Below, piece after piece: positions 57,571 through 64,000 of a DNA stretch of 64,000 bases. The translations under genes and the position numbers were made by a program. The stretch spans positions 136,152,001 through 136,216,000 of the forward strand of contig NC_058371.1 in the NCBI RefSeq assembly GCF_018350175.1. Direction: 5' to 3'. This stretch comes from Felis catus. Taxonomy: Eukaryota. The notes under the pieces were generated by a model that saw nothing but the letters and a program-made list of their open reading frames with translations, was not told the DNA's origin and did no database searches. Within the stretch, counting starts at the first letter, position 1. Each line of letters begins with the position of its first letter.

Positions 57571-58764
57571 CTTATGTGTTTTGTGACTGGAAGTTAGTAC
57601 CTCTCAATGCCCTTTATCTATTTTGCCCATCCTCCCCCGCCCACCTTCCCTCAGGCAACCACCCATTTATTCTCTGTATTTAAGAGTCATCTTGGTTTTT
57701 GTTTGTTCCTTTATTTTGTAATTTAGATTCACATATTAGTGAAATCACACAGTATCTCTCTTTCTCTGTCTGACTTATTTCACTTAACATACCCTCTAAG
57801 TCCATCCATGTTGTCAAGATTCATTTATTTTTTAAATCTCTTTTTCCCATCCTCTACTGATTTGGAAGTTATATCTTATCATTCTCATTTTCATGGCTTC
57901 CTTCAAAATTTGAGCATACATATTTGTGCTAATAAAGTCTAATATCTCTATACTCCTTTCAAACAATAGAAGACTCTTAAATTCCTTTAAATCTGATAAC
58001 CAACTCCCATTTCCATGTGTTCTAGAATTTTTATCTTTTCTTGTTTTAAACACCATCCAATTTGTCTTTATTTTTTTAGTGCTTGTTTTGAATATTTTTA
58101 ATTATATTTACCAATTTGTGTATATTGCTTCACACAAACCACTCTTTTCCTCTTAGATTTAATTATTCTTATTAAAGTATATCCTTTAGTAGTACTTACA
58201 GTGGATGTTTGTGTGGTCAGTTCTCTCAGTGTGTTTTAAATATCATTATTTTCCCCTCCCTCCTACTTAATAGTTTAACACTTATGAGATAGTATTCCAT
58301 TGTCCTTTGGTCTCTGATGTTGCTGATGAGTAGTTTATTGTTTCTTGAAGGAATCTGTCTTTTCTCTCTGAGTTATGTTTTTTTTTTCTGTCTGACTTTA
58401 ATGTTTTACAGTTTCTCTGCTCTTTGGATTTATTTTTATTTTTCTCTGAGCTCACTCTGCTTCTACAATCTAGGAGTTCATGTCTTTCATTAATTATTGA
58501 ACATTCTCAGTTATTATCTCTTTTTGAATGTGGAAAAACATGGTAGGAGCCAAATTATGACTACAGAATGGAGCATATTTCCATTTAGCCTTCAAAAATA
58601 TGATTCACTAACATTTAACAGAATACAGGCTCTAACAATTTGGAGATAAAGGGCAAGGGAAAACACGGGTTTTCTATTGCAATTCTATTTTCAGTATTAT
58701 GTTGTAGAAAATCAAGGCATAAAGATTGTATCACGTGGCATCAAAGATTCTAGTTGGAATCTTC

Positions 58765-58838
58765 TTCCAGTAAGGAAGAAGGTTAGAGGGCAAATAATGT
58801 ATTCCAGTAAGGAAGAAGGTTAGAGGGCAAATAATGTA
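58765..58838. repeat. Perfect 37-bp tandem duplication
   Basis: ttccagtaaggaagaaggttagagggcaaataatgta x2. Confidence 0.98.
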
Positions 58839-58839
58839 T

Positions 58840-58930
58840 TCATTGATTGATTCATTTATTCTTCAAATAGTGATTAAATATGTTCTGAGTGCCAGGTAAT
58901 GAGTTAGGCTTTGAATTCGGAGATGAATAA
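58840..58930 (-). mobile_element. L2 3' terminus
   Basis: ttcattgattgattcatttattcttcaaatag...ctgagtgccagg...gagatgaataa. Confidence 0.6.
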
Positions 58931-60025
58931 TATTTATATCTTAGATTTGACCAAAACCTGAATAAAGTTACCCAGTATTTATTGTTCAAAAAAGACAAAT
59001 CTATTTCAAACAAATTTTTTGCTTAAGCATTCTTGGGTTTATTAAGGTGCTATTGAAAAGTCTCTTTCAGTAGATTTCTTTCATTCAAAATATGGGCTGT
59101 ATCATACATATATCTTCTTATGCTATTTAGCACAGCCTGTAGTGTTGGGAGATTAGCTTCAAATGGCCTAACTTACTCAAGTTAGGCTGTTTTATTTATG
59201 GAAGTAGAACTCCATGTGGGGTAGTGAAAATATCATCTTTGGAAGAATGCCTCTTCACACCTTCCCAAGGGTCAGACTCTTTAATGAGGGCCTCAATGAC
59301 CTTGTGCTGTTTCTCTGAGGAGTGGTCTTGAAAATTTCCCAGTTAAAGGAAGGTCTGAAATTTTAGATGTTATCATTAATGAATATGAAAACTAATGGGA
59401 GTTTTATTGTTTTAATTCTGTGTCAAGGGAATAAGTTGGATGGTCATAAAGAGAAAGTAGGATCAAATTTGAATAAAGTTATGTGTTCTTTTGTAGAGTA
59501 ATGCAAAAATTTCAACTTTGAACATGTTTGTGAGGATGAGGGGAGAAGTCTTAGAGAAAGAACTTCTGAAAGCAAATATGCATTAGTCCTGAACATGCTA
59601 TGTTTTTTTAATCTAATAAAAATACATGGTAAAAGACTGTTTTAGCAGAAAGTCAACATAAATGCAAACCTCAATTGAAGTGGAGAAAGTAAGCATATCA
59701 GAGTTTTGTTTTAATATCCTAATTGTTATTAGTTAAATATGTCATTATATTCTTTGATGTGCTACTCTCCCTCAAAAAACAAAACAAAACAAAGGCATGA
59801 CTTCCTTAAGATTTTGATATGACTAGGTGATCATACAGCTAAATTGAGAATTGTGGGTTATGATTTGTGTCTTTCCACCAGACAGCAAAGTTTAGTCTGA
59901 CTTTATTTTGTTTGTTTTTTATAGAGGTAAATGTTTTACTCTTTTCCCATATATTTTATTATAGTAGTTAAAATTCTTTTAATCAAGTAACACATACACT
60001 TCCCCAGGGATTCTGATAAAGCTCT

Positions 60026-60469
60026 TGTGGCAGTTAATCCCCAGACAGTCTCCAATGAGCCATGCTTCCTGGTATTCACAGCCTTGTAGAGTCTCCTTCC
60101 ACATTATACATAGGCAGCCAGGTAATTAATGACCATTTGTTTTTGGAAGGCCCAGAATGGCCATATAAGGAGTCCAGCTACCTTGCTAGTGAAGTCACAT
60201 GAAGAGGAGAGACACGGAGGGGCAACTTGGATTAGGAAGAAAGGGCAACTGCCTCCATATCCTCACTGATTCTGGATAGAGGAACATCAGCCTCTGTTAC
60301 AATCTATTTGCAACCTTGTCACAATCTATCTGGGTGGACCTGAGTGAAACCAGAGACACAGATCAACTGAGCCCAGTCACTGCACAAAACCATGAAAGAT
60401 TATATAATTGTTGCTGTTTTAAGCTACTAGATTTGGACTGACCTGGTATGCAGCAATAGTTAACCAAAA
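60026..60469 (+). mobile_element. MaLR solo LTR (MLT1F/G/H-like)
   Basis: Starts tgtggcag...ttcctggtattcacagccttgt and ends ttgctgttttaagctactag...tatgcagcaatagttaacc. Confidence 0.8.
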
Positions 60470-60759
60470 TTAGCCCCAGTGGGCACTGGATTTCCTCCCT
60501 CCCCATCTCACCACCTCACTTCTATTGAAAATGGCTTATACAATGAGATCTGGGGCAGGAAGGTGGATGAATGACATACCAACAGAAAAGTCACTGTAGA
60601 AAGATATTTCTTTAAAATACCATACTTAAAGCAATTTGTGTTAAAGAGCCAACATCATAATTCTGATTTCAACTTCATATTTCTGTAAACATGTATATAC
60701 ATACCTATAACTTTATATCTCAAGCTGAGTAGAGGATTCAGTGGGACTAACTACCCAGA

Positions 60760-61508
60760 ACTATACTGTAGTACAATCTTCCCAAACTTATCTATAGATC
60801 CATTTTAATCTCAATTGAAATTTCAGAACTGTATGTGCGAGATGGTAGATTAGCAAGATTATTTTAAAGTCTGTATGGAAATGTAAAGCCCATGAAAAGC
60901 CAAGACAATATTAAGGAAGATTCCAATTTGGAGGGTTTACCCTACAAGTTATCAAGAATTCTTTTAAGGTAGTAATTGAGACAGTGTACTCTTGGTGCAG
61001 AGATAGACAAATAAATCAATGAAACAGATAACAGAGTTTAGAAATAGACCTACACATATATGAAAGCTTGATTTATGATAAAGTCAAACTATGCAGCAGT
61101 GGATAAAGATGGTCTTTTCAATAAGTTGTGCTGGATCAATTGGATATCTACAAATAAATCTTAACTCATACCATACACCATTCCAAAATTGAATGAAGAC
61201 CCAAGTTTGAAATATAAAACAATAAAATTTCTAGAAGTTAGCAAAGGAAAATGAATATCTTCATGAACTGTGGGTGGGGAATGATTTCTTAAACAGAACC
61301 AAATAAAAACTAATCATATAAACAAAATACTGATATGTTGAACTTTATAAGGAATGCAGAGTGAAAAGACAAACCACAGAATGAGAGAAGACATTTGCAA
61401 CATACATTTCTGTCAAATGATTCATGTACAAAATATATTAAGAATTCCTGAAGATTAATAAGAACTGATGGACAAACTGATTTTAAAATGGGCAAGTCTT
61501 GTTACATT
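60760..61508 (+). mobile_element. Ancient L1ME ORF2 remnant
   Basis: gagatagacaaataaatcaatg...gaaatagacctacacatatatg...gatggtcttttcaataagttgtgctgg. Confidence 0.85.
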
Positions 61509-61666
61509 NNNNNNNNNNNNNNNNNNNNNNNNNNNNNNNNNNNNNNNNNNNNNNNNNNNNNNNNNNNNNNNNNNNNNNNNNNNNNNNNNNNNNNNNNNNN
61601 NNNNNNNNNNNNNNNNNNNNNNNNNNNNNNNNNNNNNNNNNNNNNNNNNNNNNNNNNNNNNNNNNN
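61509..61666. other. Assembly gap (158 N)
   Basis: N run. Confidence 1.
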
Positions 61667-61855
61667 TTTTGGGACAGAGAGAGACAGAGCATGAACGGGG
61701 GAGGGGCAGAGAGAGAGGGAGACACAGAATCGGAAACAGGCTCCAGGCCCTGAGCCATCAGCCCAGAGCCCGACGCGGGGCTCGAACCCACGGACCGCGA
61801 GATCGTGACCTGGCTGAAGTCGGACGCTTAACCGACTGCGCCACCCAGGCGCCCC
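61667..61855 (-). mobile_element. SINEC, young felid subfamily (tail in gap)
   Basis: gacacagaatcggaaacagg...tggctgaagtcggacgcttaaccgactgcgccacccaggcgcccc. Confidence 0.98.
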
Positions 61856-61859
61856 TCTT

Positions 61860-62470
61860 TTGTTATTTCTAATAAGCCCCTTCCAACCATAGCTTGAGTA
61901 TATGCTAATGAGGTGACTGTTAGAGGACAGGGTGCTGGTTATCAGAGAAACCAACCAGGTGATTCGAAGGTTGAAACTTTGAACCCTCAATCTCCAGGGA
62001 GGACCTAGAGATTGAGTTCAGTCATCAATGGCCGGTGATTTAATCAATCATGCCTAGGTAATGGAACCTACATAAAAATCCTTAATGACAGGGTTCAGAG
62101 AGCCTCAGCGTTCGTGAACACATACTTTCCCCATTCAGCTATTTCTCAGTTGTATCCTTTATAATAAACCAGTTATAGTGAGTGAAGTGTTTCCCTTTTT
62201 CTGTGAGCTGTTATAGTAAATCACTGGACTTGAGGTGGGGTTTATGTACAGTCAGGAGTACAGGCAGTAACCTGGGAACTGCAACTGGCATCTGAAGTGG
62301 GGCAGTCTTACGGGACTGAGCCCTTTCGTTTGTGGAATCTGGCACTAACTCCAAGAAGATAGTGCCTGAATTGAATTAAATTGTAGGACAGTCAGTTGGT
62401 GTCTACAGAGAATTGGAGGATTGCAATGTGTGGAAAACCCATACATTTGGTGTCAAAAGTGTTGTGGGTA
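61860..62470 (+). mobile_element. MER21-like ERVL LTR
   Basis: tatgctaatgaggtgact, atcaatggccggtgatttaatcaatcatgcc, ttgcaactggcatctgaagtggggcagtct and aattgaattaaattgtaggac. Confidence 0.88.
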
Positions 62471-62499
62471 TATAGTTTTCTTTTTATGTTTTTTCTTTA

Positions 62500-63635
62500 G
62501 TATTGAATAAGTACTTCACAAAAAAAGATATTCATATAGCCCATAAACAAATGAACAGGGTCTCATCCTTATTATCAGAGAAGTGCAAATGAAACTACCC
62601 TGAGATATCACTGTACATCTATCACTAGTGCTAAAACAAAATAAAATACAATCTGACAGTATAAAACAAATGTGATCTGGCTAAGTGTTGGCAAAGTTGT
62701 AGAGTAACTGGAATTCTTAGTATAACCACTTTGTACAACTCTGGAAATGTCTACAAAATCTTAACATATTCATATTCTATGTCCCAGCAATTTTACTCCT
62801 AGGTATATATGTAACAGAAATAAAAAACACATATAAGAGTGTTCTTAGCAGCATTAAAAAAAAAAAAACAAAACAAAACCCAACAACCCCAAACTGGAAT
62901 GCCTATAAACAATTGAATGGATAAATAAAGTGTGGTATGTTCTTGGGGCACCTGGGTGGCTCAGTTGGCTGGGCGTCCGACTTCAGTTCAGGTCATGATC
63001 TCACAGTCTGTGAGTTTGAGCCCCACGTTGGGCTCTGTGCTGACAGCTCAGAGCCTGGAGCCTGCTTCAGATTCTGTGTCTCCCTCTCTCTGCCCCTCGC
63101 CTGCTCATGCTCTGTCTCTCTCTGTCTCAAAAATAAATAAAAACATTAAAGAAAAATTTAAAGTGTGGTATGTTCTTATTTACAGATCCTGCTAAAAACC
63201 AAATTGCATGAAGAAATTTTTTCCTAAATCTGTTCTTTTTTTCCTAATCACACATCAGTGAAAATGAATAAATTACTGCTATAAGCAAAAACATGGATAA
63301 ATTACACATAATGTTGCGTAAAATAAGCAAGTCACAATGAGTACATACTGTATAAAGGGTATAAAGGATATAAAGTTTAGAAACAAAAGCTAATCAATGT
63401 GTTATGGATCAAAATAGTGATGAGGTTTTGGAGGGGAGGTGAGGAGACTGCTTAAAAACCTGGAGGAGCCGGAAGATTTCTGGGATATTAATAGAGTTTT
63501 ATTCTTGAACTGGATCCCTGGTTACACAAGACTGTTCACTTTGTGAGAATTTGCCAAGTTAGAATTTGCCACACTTGCAATTTGTATAATTCTCTGCATT
63601 ATGTTTTACTTCAATAAAAAAAAATTAAAGTAGTA
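62500..63635 (+). mobile_element. Continuation of L1ME (ORF2 end and 3' UTR)
   Basis: cccagcaattttactcctaggtatat, aattgaatggataaataaagtgtggtat and tctctgcattatgttttacttcaataaaa. Confidence 0.8.
62945..63158 (+). mobile_element. SINEC
   Basis: 19-bp TSD taaagtgtggtatgttctt at 62926-62944 and 63159-63177. Confidence 0.97.
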
Positions 63636-63639
63636 TTAA

Positions 63640-63795
63640 AGACAGACAGAAGAAGGAGGAGGAAGAGGAGAGAAGGGAGATAGAAAAGAAAAAGAAAGGG
63701 GTAAAGAGGGGGTAAAGAAAGAAAAAAGGAAAGAAAAGAAAAGAAGGAAGGGGAAAGAAGGAAGCAGAGAAGGAAGGAAAAAAGGAAGGAAAGCA
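63640..63795. repeat. GA-rich low-complexity polypurine tract
   Basis: Almost only A and G: gaaaa, gaag and ggga units. Confidence 0.9.
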
Positions 63796-64000
63796 ATTGT
63801 ATAGCTTTTATATAAAATTATCATAGCTTTGGGGCAGTGTGAATTATCTGTCTTCCAAAATATTGATACTTTAGAATTATGAATGCCTGCAAAGACATCT
63901 CTTGCTTAGAATACATATTATTAGAATCATGGAAATTTGGAACTCGTGGATGATCTGGATTATCCCCTTACCTCTAAAATGCATGATTGTGGTCATCTCA

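Larger units (their letters stand above)
55770..57830 (-). mobile_element. L1MA9/L1_Carn-like 3' UTR, split by a younger L1 (own parts ~55770-55999 and 57571-57830)
   Basis: tgaagtatac...acaatattattgactatattcccc...gtgacttat resumes as tgtgactggaagttagtacctc...ggcaaccacc. Confidence 0.85.
51750..58530 (-). mobile_element. Long ancient L1ME remnant (ORF2 to ORF1 region) hosting nested insertions
   Basis: Continuous T-rich antisense L1 motifs: gtgctgatttacattc, tttgtctgttacttgcattgtgag, gatatctggtagggtaatcc, tttgagaagctcccttc, tgtatgggccc, ctggcttttgtttacttgatt, ggagttcatgtctttcat. Confidence 0.75.

Noticed and set aside
61745-61790. Two A>G differences (SINE sense) in a CpG-intact young SINE, suggesting ADAR editing before retrotransposition
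   Set aside because: Only two sites, and one (GTGGGTTC) also occurs in an older copy at 53314, so subfamily variation or ordinary transitions suffice.
1-64000. CRISPR arrays, operons, tRNA/rRNA/snRNA genes, NUMTs, endogenous non-retroviral viral genes
   Set aside because: None seen. The dispersed repeats are eukaryotic SINEs without regular spacers, and their tRNA-like heads are SINE A/B boxes rather than tRNA genes. Highly decayed viral or pseudogene remnants cannot be excluded without a translated search.

Overview
Mammalian genomic DNA from a felid (cat family). The evidence is 18 tRNA-derived carnivore SINEC/CAN-SINE copies, several of the felid-type young subfamily, plus a felid-type L1 3' end. 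The assembly is draft quality, with seven sized N-gaps. I found no recognisable protein-coding exon, RNA gene, NUMT or endogenous viral ORF. Much of the window is interspersed repeat: SINEC, young and ancient L1, L2, MIR, CR1/L3, MaLR/ERVL LTRs, MER21 and microsatellites. Most ORF-track entries are chance frames, SINE or L1 read-throughs, or gap artefacts. Repeat subfamily names are recalled from consensus motifs, not from a database search, and boundaries of old repeats are approximate. I do not see a convincing new biological system. The best leads are: (1) a ~143-nt imperfect hairpin at 21618-21760 with a third copy of its stem motif upstream; (2) a pure (CTTT)n tract flanked by a 17-bp target-site-like duplication; (3) two snap-back/templated micro-insertions; (4) a probable short L1 3' transduction inside a three-layer L1 nest; (5) an L2 fossil retaining its endonuclease motif; (6) a close inverted pair of young SINEs; and (7) candidate non-coding exons and CpG-retaining enhancer-like segments near 34.4-35.9 kb.
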